A stretch of 46,086 nucleotides of DNA. It comes from Bigelowiella natans CCMP2755 (Eukaryota; Protista; Cercozoa). The notes beneath the pieces are model-generated. The model searched no databases and was not told the DNA's origin. It saw nothing but the letters and a program-made list of their open reading frames with translations. The stretch is from positions 1 through 46,086 of the forward strand of contig ADNK01000829.1 of assembly GCA_000320545.1 (NCBI GenBank), given 5' to 3'. This document shows, piece after piece, positions 25,807 through 37,874 of the stretch. Each line of letters begins with the position of its first letter. Position 1 is the stretch's first letter. Made by a program: the position numbers and the translations under genes.

Positions 25807-28000
25807 CATATGACTGCTTGATTTTATAGTGATTTCCATTTTCGGGTAGTCGGTCTGCTGTGTTATTGCTGTTTTTGTAGTACTAAAAAGATAATAATAA
25901 TAAATAATAATGATAATAAAAGCTTCTAACCAACAATATGATAAAAATGCTCTACTGCTGCACACATTATCTTGTACTGAACCTCCTCCTCCTCCTCCAC
26001 CTCCTCCTCCTCTTTGTCGTACTACTTGATACAACTTTACTACAAAGATACACACAGCGCAGAGATCAGCTTAATGTCATATTTGATGTCATTGGTACTC
26101 CTAAGAGGTACTACATACGCACTACTCACTCACTAACACTTACATTAATAAAACATAATGTCAACTACAACAACTTTCACCTATGTACTTTCTCTCCTTC
26201 CTCTCTCTCTCCCCAACACACACGCACGCATGCAAACACTACACCAGCATTTCTAGGTAGTAAATTGTTTCATATGTCTGAAGTCACCATAATTTTTAAT
26301 CACAAGCCTGATGAGGATGATGATGAGAATGACGATGAGGATGATGCTTTGATTTATTTGATATAGGCAATTATTCATCATTTAACATCATCATCATAAA
26401 TTTTGATAATTCCTTCCTTCTTTCTTGTTTCCTTTCTCAGTGATGACATGTCCTATATCAACTCTCAAGAAACTCGTGAGTATCTGCAGTCTCTCCCATC
26501 GAAAAATCCAAAGGTGCGTGTGTTATCTCGTACTGATTATCAACTCACTTTGAACGATGAAAGAGAAACAGATTTTATTATAGTGAATTACTTGGGTCCT
26601 CCTATAATTATTAAACCAGTGTCAAGATGATGATGATGATGATGATTATAATGATGATGATGATTTTGTAGGAGGTAGGTAGCAGCAAGCTAGGCAGTTG
26701 TTAGCGCATATTTTGATGAGTAGTCCCAAGTAATAATCACGATGGTGTTGTTGTTGTTGTTGTAATTTCTATCTTTCTCTCTACATTACCACTGCAACAG
26801 TCATTAGAGAAACTTCTACCAGGAGCAAGCACCGAAGCTATAGATTTACTGAAAAAGTAAGTGTGTAGTCAACTCAATATCACCGTATTTTTGCCAATAT
26901 TTTACCTGCGCTGCATCATGTAGGATTAGTAGAGAGCCTGGGAAACATTACCAAGTGTGATTGATATCTCCTTCATTGTACATTTGGTGCTCATTCGTCA
27001 TTTTTACTGATTTCTATCGTTCTTGTGTCTGTGTTGTCTATCAATCTGTTATTTTTATCATATATTTCGAGTAGGTTGCTCATTTTTGATCCAAGAAAGA
27101 GAATAACACCGGAAGAGGCACTTACACATCCATATTTGAACGAAGTTACGGTAGTAGAAGCAATTGCTGCTGCTGCTGATGATGATGATGATGGTTACTA
27201 CTACTTTGATCAAATAGAATGCTTATATCATATACTCACAGCAACCCTAATACTACTACTACTACTACTGCTGCTGCCTCTGCTTAAAAGGATCTTGAGC
27301 GCGTAAATGCTAGTGTAAATAAACCTATTCTGTTTGAGTTTGAGGCAAATGAAGATATGACCATGAAGCAGGTGGTACATTCTGTTACAGCATATGCACT
27401 TTCATATTGTCTTTTATTTTTGAAAACAAATAATACGAATAATTAAGATGTATCGTAATCAAATAATGCGAATAATTAATATGTATCGTATCTTTAAAAT
27501 CGATACTATTAAGAGCGTCTTCCCTGTTTTCTATCCTTCGTTAAGTACAAATGAGCGATGTGATAGTAATGTTTGTTGTTCTCTGTTGTTGCCTGATGTG
27601 ATCCAAAGATCCGAAGAAAGCTCAAAGATGAGGTGTGTCATCTGTCGTGTGGTATCATCATTTCATTCAAAGCATATATTATGATCGAGGATAATGACGA
27701 GTAAATAGGGGATAATTAAATAAATAATAAAGCAAAATGAGGAATATAAGATATCTCCGTCAGTGAGTGAGTCAAGTCAGTTAGTCACATGATGAGCTAG
27801 AATTCAGCATACCATCACCTTACACACATCACTGCTATTAGCTAATGGAATTATTAAGAATTGTAATATCATCTCCCTCTCCATTTTTGTCGATCGATCG
27901 ATCACACAATAAGCAGGTTTCAGCATGGGCAAATATCCGATCAAAAGAAAGACAGAATAATGGTGAAGAAAAAGAAATAATGAAAAACAACAGCGAGTGA
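15828..28000 (+). CDS. Atypical MAP kinase with TTH activation motif (Pfmap-2-like), long low-complexity N-terminus, roughly 29 exons
   Basis: Kinase exons spliced in frame from 19908: GKGSYGQ (20180-20222), VAIKRLK (20917-20973), [48 protein letters not shown] (23403-23446), GDFGLAR (23721-), [14 protein letters not shown] (24610-), [58 protein letters not shown]; stop TGA 27998-28000. Exons between 17412 and 19516 join in frame. Exons upstream of about 17100 and the start codon are less certain. Confidence 0.9.
25474..25573. repeat. 50-bp tandem duplication in a MAPK intron
   Basis: AATATCATCCT(G/T)CTGACGACATCGAACAAGAATAATAATCGCTGTCGTCT twice, 1 mismatch. Confidence 0.9.
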
Positions 28001-28299
28001 AAAGTGACATGGTAGTCGTTACTTAATTGCTCGCTTCGATGCATACAACGGTTGACATATGTTCCATTCTAATTAGTACATGTTTAGGCAGTGTATTCGC
28101 GCCGCACGATCATACCATCAGTAGGAAATGAAGGATGGCATGAGCAAATAGTATAATCAAAGTGTGAATAAGCGACCCTAATGTGGTGTTCAATTTAAAA
28201 TTTGTGGTTTGGTAAGAAATATCAAATTAGCGTTGGTCAATCAACAATGGAAATGTGCATGTGAGACGGGTGTAATGAATGAGTTAAACTAGTTCAATT

Positions 28300-28340
28300 G
28301 TCATCCTAATGTAGCTATGCAAAGCCGCGGCTAGAGCGCT
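28300..28340 (+). repeat. Dispersed ~40-bp motif, copy B, at the left edge of a TG/CA-rich island
   Basis: GTCATCCTAATGTAGCTATGCAAAGCCGCGGCTAGAGCGCT; matches 2007-2053. Confidence 0.75.
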
Positions 28341-28994
28341 ATGCTAGTGACACACAGTCACACATCGATCACAGAACAATGTGACATGATGCATGTGCAA
28401 TGATGTGCACATCATATTGCTGTGTAGTGTCCATTGTGGACATGTGTGTTGCATAGGCAATGCAACCCATAATCAACAACAACACATGCAACATGCAATG
28501 CTAGAATGCTCACACATAATCGTGAAAACATGAACCCAATCGCGTTGTCACGATCATGTTGCTGTGCATTGCACGCTGGTCGAGTAAAAACACGCTAGCG
28601 TGCATGCATGTGATGTGCATGACATGCGTGCACAATCTAGACAATGTGCACTGTGTGTCATTCATGACACATCATGCGGATGCTGTCTAGATGTCTAGTT
28701 GTGCAACTTCAACAGCATCAAGTGCATGTGGTCACAAGCATGCACCATTGTGATTACTTTGCAGCATGCGATGTGAATGCCCAGACGACACGGCGGTGTT
28801 CATGAAAGTGGCGGCGGAACATCATTTCAGCTATGCACGTGTGGCAGTGGCAGCTCAACGCTGCGGAACAAAGTCTGAATAAAATTTCTCTTGCTTACTT
28901 ATTCGGTGGGAATCTTGCATCTCCTCAGCAACTTTCTTCGTTTTGTTAATTAGAGCAGTGTGAGATCATCATTATCATGATCATCATCATCAAA

Positions 28995-29629
28995 TTAGGA
29001 ATCTTCAGTAGTAGTAGAATCATCACCAGTCTGATTATTTAGAAAAGCGTGGGCCTGATCGAAATAATTGAGAACAATGAAAAATAATGTCTTTCATTTG
29101 CGGCAAGCAGTCTCAGTAATAATAGAAGTAGTAATGGCTGCTATGCGAAGTATAATCTAATCCTAATGACCTCTACTTCCATCAACTCAAGATATAGCAA
29201 AACATTCTGCTGCTGCTGCTACTACTACTACTACTACTACACCTACCTCCTCAAACAAGCTATCTCTTGTAGCGCTGAGCATATTTAGCTGGTAGCGCAA
29301 CCGACGTGGGGTTGGTAATTGTAGCATTTCCTGTTGGTCAACCTAATGATTTTTATTATTACAATTACTATAATTATTACTATCGTTTGCTTGTTTTTGT
29401 TACACGCGCTACATCCTCATTCCTCCTTTATTTTGTTGCATCATGGATTTAACCAACAACGATGATGTTGTCAATGTGCATGCTACTAGCCGTCATTTCA
29501 ATCTCGATCAAACAATTGATACGTCGTCGTCGTTTTTGTTTCAAACATCAGCAATTTGATCGCAGATACTAAATCATAATTAGGATTTTTGAATGACCGA
29601 AGATATCCACACACATGTGGTGTGTGCTG

Positions 29630-29660
<31 letters not shown>

Positions 29661-29976
29661 CTATGATATATAGTACCAGATTATCAAACATATGTGATGC
29701 AACCCAGTAAGATAGCTGCACACACAAAGATAGAGAGAAAGAAGAAGAAGAAGAAGAACAAGAAGAAGACGTAAGATAAGGGGGAGGGGGGGGGAAAGAA
29801 AGACAGTACAAATGAGCATAAAAATACAACAAGCATTAAAAACCAACAGCAATGGTCAAAATATCATATTACTACACTATGTTCACTAATAATTGGCAAA
29901 GCAGAAGAACAAGAACAAGAAGAAGAAGAAGAAGAACAAGAACAAGAACAAGAAGAACAAGAAGAAAAGGAGGTAC

Positions 29977-30007
<31 letters not shown>

Positions 30008-30960
30008 CTAGAGTATCCATTCATCCATCCCAGGATGATAGATATATACTGCTACTGCTACTGCTACTGCTACTGCTACTGCTGTGACGACTAGAAATCA
30101 AGCTTTATACCATCTTTAATGTATTATTATTGACCCATCATCATTATTCCCGCTTGATAATATCTTGTGTGTTTGATGGTACTTTTCGTCATCACACACT
30201 TTCTAATATACTCTTCATCATCATCGTATCTCCCTGTATGATTTTATCGTTCCAGCTCATCTTTCCCTCTCTCCCTCCCTTAACTTCTCTCCCCCCCCCC
30301 TCGATGAGTAACTGACTTGTTCCCCTGTTAATTGCAGCATTGTTGCCTCATTGATGCCAAGCTTGGTCAATACTCTCATCCTCTACATCAATACAACGCG
30401 TGATACACAATGAAAAAGAAGAAGAAGAAGAAGAAGATAGAAGATAGAAGATGAGTAGGGACAATTATCAAGGGTATTAGATAGTAATATTAATGGAAAG
30501 AGAGGGGACTAATGGATGATGATAATTAACTGCGATAATATCTTATGCAGCAGTGTGTATGTGTATTTGTGTGTGTGTTAGGGAAGAAAAAGAATAGGAT
30601 GAGGAAGAAGTAACAACAAAGAAAGAAGATCGATCTAACACCCCCTCCTCCCTCATTCACACTAATTAATGTGTTTAGTTACTCAATCCCTGTCTGCTGT
30701 TGTCTATTATTATTACAACAACAACAACAATAACAATAACAATAACAACAACTGCTGCTGCTACTACTTATTACCTCTTCCATCGAGAAATAGGCTTTTC
30801 TCATTGCTTTTTCAGCGCTAAGTTTTCTCACTGTGTCGCACACCTGATAACATGTACAACAACAACAACAACAAGAGTTTAAGAGCGACTTTCCAGGATA
30901 TTTTGTATGCACTTCTGAACAATATTCTCTATCAGTATTTGAATCAGTATTTTTATTACT

Positions 30961-30993
<33 letters not shown>

Positions 30994-31314
30994 TTTGTAT
31001 TATCTAGTTGTTACTACTACTACTTACTACTACCTTGATAAGTTTCTTACACAATTTTTTCTCCGCTTCAATCCTTTCTGGTGGTAATCTTAAAACAAAC
31101 AAGTGATAGGGAGGAGGAGGAGGAGGAGGAGTAGGAGGAAAACAAAAGGGAGGGATTAAGGTGCCTGATATTGCACAAATATAATATCTAATAGGAGGTA
31201 CTACCTACCTTCCTACCTACCCACCTACCCACCTACCCACATGATGATCTTTTGCATTGTTCCATGATGTAATAATAAGGTGCTCGTTGTAGTTAGGGTT
31301 AGGCTAGTTGTTGC

Positions 31315-31346
<32 letters not shown>

Positions 31347-31932
31347 GACATTTTCTCTTTCTGTGGTGTGACAAGAGCTTCCATGACAGGCTCAGAGCGT
31401 ATTAATTCATCCACCTGATACATATATAGATATACATAATAGATAATGTCATCAACAACATAGATAATTCGCACTAGGTCAGTCATTAGTAGTAGTAGTA
31501 GTAGTAGTCACAAAATCATCATCACCATCATCATGATCGCACCAAAATGAAGATAACATCTCGTAGCAATAATTCTACTCCGTAGTACCTTGAATCTCTT
31601 ATATGCTTGGCAATTCACAATAAGTTGGTCTCTTGCACCGTCTAACCCCATCCACTCATGTGATACGATTTTCATTGCAACCCCAGTACCAGCTAATGGT
31701 CCGGGTAGTCCTGCTACTGCTCCTGGAGTTCTCCATAAGATACCGAATCGACCTTGAGGTGTTGGTGGTGTTGGTGGTGGTGGTGGTTAGTAGTAATAAT
31801 AGTGTCGTGGTATTGTTGGAGTGGTACTACTACTAGTAAAAGGTGCGGTGTGATAGATTAATAGAACAAAGACGACAATGATGGGGTCAATGGTGGAATT
31901 ATTAAGGGTAGCAGCTTAAGAAGGGCGAAAAT

Positions 31933-31969
<37 letters not shown>

Positions 31970-32391
31970 GTAGGAGGAGGAAATGTAGGTGGTGGAACAC
32001 AATCCTATTATTAGTCAATCAGTGATCGATCGTTCACTACCTGTGGCAAGATAGGGAGACGTCTCATCAGCCTAAACACAGTGAATTGACGAATAATCAC
32101 AAAGATATAGAGTTAGATGATGATGATGATGACGACGACGACGACCTGCCAACAATGTAGTTATTAGATTCAGGAAATATATCATCATCATACCAGGTCA
32201 AAATCGATATCGTCCTCTCCGGCCAAGATGGTTGAAAATAGTCTTAGATATCTAACAAGTAAAATGAAAAAGTAGTCACACCAGGCCTATCACCAGAATG
32301 ATTTGCTTCTCTTCGTAATGAGTATTGTCAGATCCAAGCATCAGGCCAAACAACATCTTCTCTACCACGGGCGTACTCTGCTATTACTACA

Positions 32392-32422
<31 letters not shown>

Positions 32423-33236
32423 ATGTGACATCATCATTATCATCATCATCATCATCATCTAAGCATAGACGAACTACCGCTCCTCAAAAAGCCTAAGGGA
32501 GATTCTCCCATCTGGGAATACGACTTCATCGTGCAGAGGGAAGAGTGGCAGTAACCGAAAAGATTCGTGTTCGATCGACCCTTCACTTCTCTGAACCAAT
32601 TTTGAATCAAAATGATGGCGGTTAGAATGCAAAATGAGCTAGTAGATTGGTTCATTACCTGCCGCGCTAGTTCCACGACTCTCTGCCGATAGATGAGGTT
32701 CTCCGTGAGATTATTGCGGTAGTTGTACTTCGGATCCTCAGCACTAACGTACATGCGAGTACTACTACTACTTCTAGAAGTAGTGCGTCCATATCGTGCA
32801 GATGCTGTCGATGACAGGCTGAAAGGAGGAGAAATCCTCTGATAGTTGGAGTATTGAGGTGGTTTTGTGCTGCCACGCTGATGTAGAAAGGCTCTTGCGG
32901 ATGTTGGAGACAATGGTGACGATCTATACAATGATAAAACAAGCTGATGAAATAATAAGATACGAGAAGATTTCTCCCCCCCATTTGACCAACTTTTAAG
33001 AAGAACGCTTACCTTCGGATGTTGCTGTTCAATAATGATGATATTTGCGAGGAAGAATGTGAGCGGGGACGAAATCTAATATTCACTGGACTGCATAGGT
33101 GCCGAGGAGTGCGTGTTGAAGTTTCAAAAAGGGAGGCAGAAGCCATCACAAAAGACGACGTTGAGAACAGTCGGGAGGAGGAGGAGAGGACGAGCACCAA
33201 CCACACACCGAAGTTGGCATGAGTGAGTAGTCTCAT
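28995..33236 (-). CDS. Lon-protease N-terminal (substrate-binding) domain-only protein with a probable bipartite plastid-targeting leader, about 13 exons
   Basis: Spliced peptide: RLLPLFPLHDEVVFPDGRISLRLFEER|YLRLFSTIL...GRFGILW...GVAMKIVSHEW...LIVNCQAYKRFK|VDELIRSEPVMEALVT...EQ|LSYWVASHMFDNL|VDQQEMLQLPTPRRLRYQLNML, which fits the LON substrate-binding domain pattern. No AAA+ or protease domain follows. The leader is MRLLTHANFGVWLVLVLSSS plus more than 100 Ser/Arg-rich, acid-poor residues. The last exon is tentative. Confidence 0.85.
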
Positions 33237-33782
33237 TGATGTAAAACCCTTAGTAGAATTACTGACTTCACGTATATCTGCGAAGGTGGCAAGAGAAACA
33301 ATTGTGAGAGGAAATTTTGCTCATAAGCACTGGTTTTGGGAACTAGCTTCATAGGACTTCATTCTTTCCCTATCTTTTGATCATCCTCCCCCTCCTCCAC
33401 CCTCTCACTCCTCTCCCTCTCCTCCTTCTTCCTCCTCTTAATCATCACATTATTTCTTTCTCTTTCTTCTTTATCTTCCGAATTCTTCCCCCCCCCCACC
33501 TCCCGATTTTAGGCGCGAAAATCTCCTATAATATTTCAGCACATGAGCGACCTGTAATTTCAAATTGCGACATGTGAATTTTATCTTAAAGGGAACAAAA
33601 CCAGAGTATCGGTTTTTGAAAGTCCACAACTTCCAAAATATCATTCAAAATAACTCATCGGAAAGTTATTCTATGCAAAATGCTTTGTCGTTCAGAAGAA
33701 ATGGTCATTCTTTCTGTGTTCTGAGAAAACTACGTAGGTGGGTATTCGTGTAAAAACTTAGGTCATTTATGCCCACCTGTCG

Positions 33783-33796
33783 TAGATCTAGATCTA
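33783..33796. promoter_or_regulatory. Overlapping double TAGATCTA palindrome (GTAGATCTAGATCTAC) in a head-to-head intergenic region
   Basis: Perfect 16-bp palindrome 33782-33797 between the divergent starts at 33236 (-) and 34162 (+), followed by (GAC)n(AAC)n. Confidence 0.5.
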
Positions 33797-34161
33797 CAAA
33801 AATAATTTGATGCACGGAGATCGACGACGACGATGACGACGACGACGACAACAATAACAACAATGACAACATTGTCGGTGAAATTGAATATAAACTAGAC
33901 CAAATAGCAGTAGTAGTTATCGTGATGATTGGGATAAGAAGAGAGAAGAAAGAAGAACAACAAGAACAACAATCAACAAGGAACGAGAAGAAGAAGAAGA
34001 AGAAGTTTCCAAGAAGTGCGACACGTGGTCTGGTTGTTGTGTGGTGGTCATCAGAGTCGTCGTATACACGTGGTGGTTGCTTGTAAAGAAGAAGAAGGAC
34101 AAAGAACTCATTCTAAGCCCTTCTCCTCACCCTCAAACCTCAGTAACTTCGCAGCAGGAAT

Positions 34162-36614
34162 ATGAGTGGAGCATGTAACGAAGTTCGTGTGTCAGCGCTG
34201 AGAGCCCGTATTGCTGAAGCCGATGCTAAGCTAAAACAACTTGGCGTCATGACCAACGGCGAACACGATTGCAACAAGATAACACCCTCAAACTTAGACC
34301 CCAAAATTAGGGCTCCCGACACTCTTGAGGAGAATCTTAATTCTACGCTAATGCAGCATGATGAGGTGATGATGATGGCGGGTTGCAGCGTGACGCGCGT
34401 TCGTCAACCACCTCCCCCCCCCCCTCTCTCAAAATATTCATAAATTTTTATCATCTTCGTAGCTGTTAGAGCATCAAAGAAGGGCGGAGATGGATACTGT
34501 GCCAGAATTTCGGTCTCTGGCAAGAAAAATGGAGAAAGCTCTCTCTAAGGTGGGGGAGATTGTTGTAGTCAGAAGAAAGCTGCAACAGGGAAGTAATAAG
34601 CAGCTGCAATGTGGAATTAGTAGTAGGTGTGGTGGTTATAGTAGTCAGAAGAAAGCTGCAACAGGGAAGTAATAAGCAGCTGCAATGGGGAATTAGTAGT
34701 AGGTGTGGTGGTTATAGCTATTGGTATATGTTTTAAGAAAAATTTGAAACAAAGACAGACATTATTTTTAATTAAATATTTTATAATCTTCATCATCACC
34801 AACTGCGACTTAAATCTGATTTTGTCTTAAAGACAGTCGCCAAATTAGTTCTCGCTATTTCTTCTGGTCTCTCTTTACGATTAACATGATAAAACAATTC
34901 CAACTGTTTTAGGTGGATATGAAGATGAATAACCAAATATGTACCACAGAGAAATCAATCCAAACAGCGCTGAAATCCATCAACAAAGCGGTTGGTTGGT
35001 TTGTCGACGACTACGATGCATGCAAGTGGCGGGAGATATAGTGAGGGAGGATGTGATGGACCTGCTGCTGCTGCTGCTGCTGCTGCTGTAAACAAGAAAA
35101 ATGTGAACAGCAGCCCTAAACATCATCATATGCTATTCTTTGTCCACTCTTCCACCTCTCTACTACTCATCATAGAGTAAACATCATATACTATCCTTTG
35201 TTCACTCTTCCACCTCTCTACTACTCATCATAGAGTAGTCAAGGTAAAGGCCTCTTCATATGCGGATATAGCTCAAGTGTTCATAGACTAGCTGGTGAGA
35301 ACAAGAAGAAGGAAAAGAAGAAGAAGAAGAAGATGATGATGATGATGAGAGAGGAGGAGGCAACAAAAGAATCATAATGTCTAAGGATACGATTCTTTTA
35401 AGTAGTCCATGCAGATAATGTACGCTAATGTGCAATTTCGAAGAAAATGAAGATGATTGCAAGGAGATCAAAATTATATGTAGTACATCTTACAACAGTG
35501 ATACTATCAGTGGTTATGTTGTCCGTTTTAGCCCATACCGTTGTTTCCTGAATTATTGTTTTAGCCCATGACCACCCTGAATAATTTGTATTATTATTCC
35601 CTGTAATATCAACCAAGGTATCAGTGCGGAAGCTGCAATGGCTAGCAGGGTAAATAAGCGATATATCTTGCCGCAAGAGTAGCGTTAGAAACGTAGAAGA
35701 AGAAGAAGAAGAAGAAGAAGAAGAAGGACGAGGAGGAGGAGGAGGGGTGGTAGAAACTTGTAGTAGTATCTAATGTAAAAGAAAAGGGAAGTTGGCTGGT
35801 GGTCGCACGCACCTTGTAGTTATTCTTCCTAGTAGACGTATATTTATCATCATCATCATCATCATCATCATCATTATCAATAAGAAGAAGAACAACAACA
35901 ACAACAATAACAACAACACATTATCATAGTTGAGATAGTAGCACGTATGTACATACATACCTAATATTTGATCATCATAGTTTGCTCGAGGGGTCCGCAT
36001 CTCTGGAGGCTATTCTTCTTCTCGTTATCGAGCAGAGGGGGGGTTATTCCAACCAATGAGTAGTAGTCGAGGAGGGGGAGGGGGAGGAGGAGGAAGGGGA
36101 GAAGCAACGACAAGCAGTACCACTGCGGCTGATCGAAGGAAGAAAGAGCTTCTTGAGAGAGGTGATGGTCTAAAATTGCGCATTGAGAGAGAAGAAGCAG
36201 TAGCAGCAGCTCAAAGCTTGTGTATATAGCATGTGTATATGATATGATTTGTTTTGTTATGTTACCTTCCATTCGAAAGGGGTTAATATCATCATCATCA
36301 CCATCACCATCACCATCATCATCATCATCATCATCATCATCATTTTTTATCGTCTACTACTGTCGGTTATCGTGATGAATGCATGTTTTTCAATGTAAGT
36401 CTGATGATCTCTTTATAATACCTCCCTCCCTCCCTCCCTCTTAGGAACGAAGGCAATTCTTGAAACTTTTCCATATATTACCAAGGTAAGGTTGTGGTGA
36501 TTTTGAATACAGATAATGGTGATGATGAGGATGAGGATGAGGATAATGAAGTACAAATCATAAGTTGCTATATCTTATACCTTTCCATGTAGTACAATAT
36601 TATTGCCGTTATTG

Positions 36615-36650
<36 letters not shown>

Positions 36651-36985
36651 ACAGGAGCAGGCTATTGCAGCCCTTGAGATGCATCGATATGATGCTACAA
36701 GAACAATGTCGTGGATGATCTCCCAGGTATTAGTAGTGTAGTAGTACGTGCTGCTGCTTTCTATCTCTGTATTATCATCGTTGATATGCTAACAACATCA
36801 TATAGTAGTACTAGCACAAAATACAACAAACACACATACACACATTTACCCTACTACTACTACTACTACTACTACTATATGAAGATGATGTTGGTATTTA
36901 TAAAAAGGATGAGGAGGAGGGGGAGGAGGAGAATCACTATTATTATTATTATTAAAAAGAGACGACAAATATACAAATATGTATG

Positions 36986-37017
<32 letters not shown>

Positions 37018-37839
37018 AGTAATTCTATTATTGATGGACGTGTAGGACGAAATTGTGCTGCTAACGACTCTGAGCGATATGGTGGAGTCAAATAAAAAAA
37101 AACAGGTTGTTTGTACAGATGATTAATGAAGATGCTAATCATGATCAATAGCAAATAAGAGAATTATCACAAAAAGTAATTCTTTTATCACTATATAATA
37201 TAATGTGAAATAAATATAGCATTTTTTAATGTACAAGAAAGACTTCTTCGTTCTTATATTCTTTGTTGCGGTGGAAACATGTCTTCTTCTAATTATTCTT
37301 CTTCTTCTATAAATGTCGGCTGTACTTACGCTACTGCTGCTTCTGCTGCTGCTGCTGCTGCAGAAGAAAGGGGACAATACCGACGGAAAGACAACAGAAA
37401 CAACATCTAGTATTACTGGTACTACCTGCTATTTATTTAAGTAATGAAGAATTGCAGCAGACATATTTATGGTAAGTAAGTGATGATGATGATGATGATT
37501 AAGGGAGATATAGTTATAGTGAGTAGGTGGATGATCATCAAGGCGAAACATAAGTATCAAGAATACAGGAAAATAGACATATTATGTATAATTGTGGTAT
37601 ATGGAAGATAAGATCAATCATTGTGTCCTTGTGAATTGATGGTGGGAGAGCGTCGTTGCAATACTACATAGATCTGTCCTTAGGAACAACTGCAGCAGCA
37701 GACAAGCAGCAAGCACTTTGTTACTACAACATTAATTGTATCTGAATAGAATTGCCGGGATATCCTGAAAATGGAATTGTTGGATTTCTGGAAGAAGCTA
37801 AGAAGAACAACACCGATCAGATTCTAATGTACAATAAAG

Positions 37840-37874
<35 letters not shown>

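Noticed and set aside
28341-28860. Ordinary CpG methylation decay or fungal RIP as the cause of the TG/CA excess
   Set aside because: CpG outnumbers TpA here. RIP would raise TpA and CpG decay would remove CpG. A partial contribution from CpG decay cannot be excluded.
31293-31303. Interstitial telomeric sequence TTAGGGTTAGG
   Set aside because: It is under two units inside a TAG-rich intron and compatible with chance.
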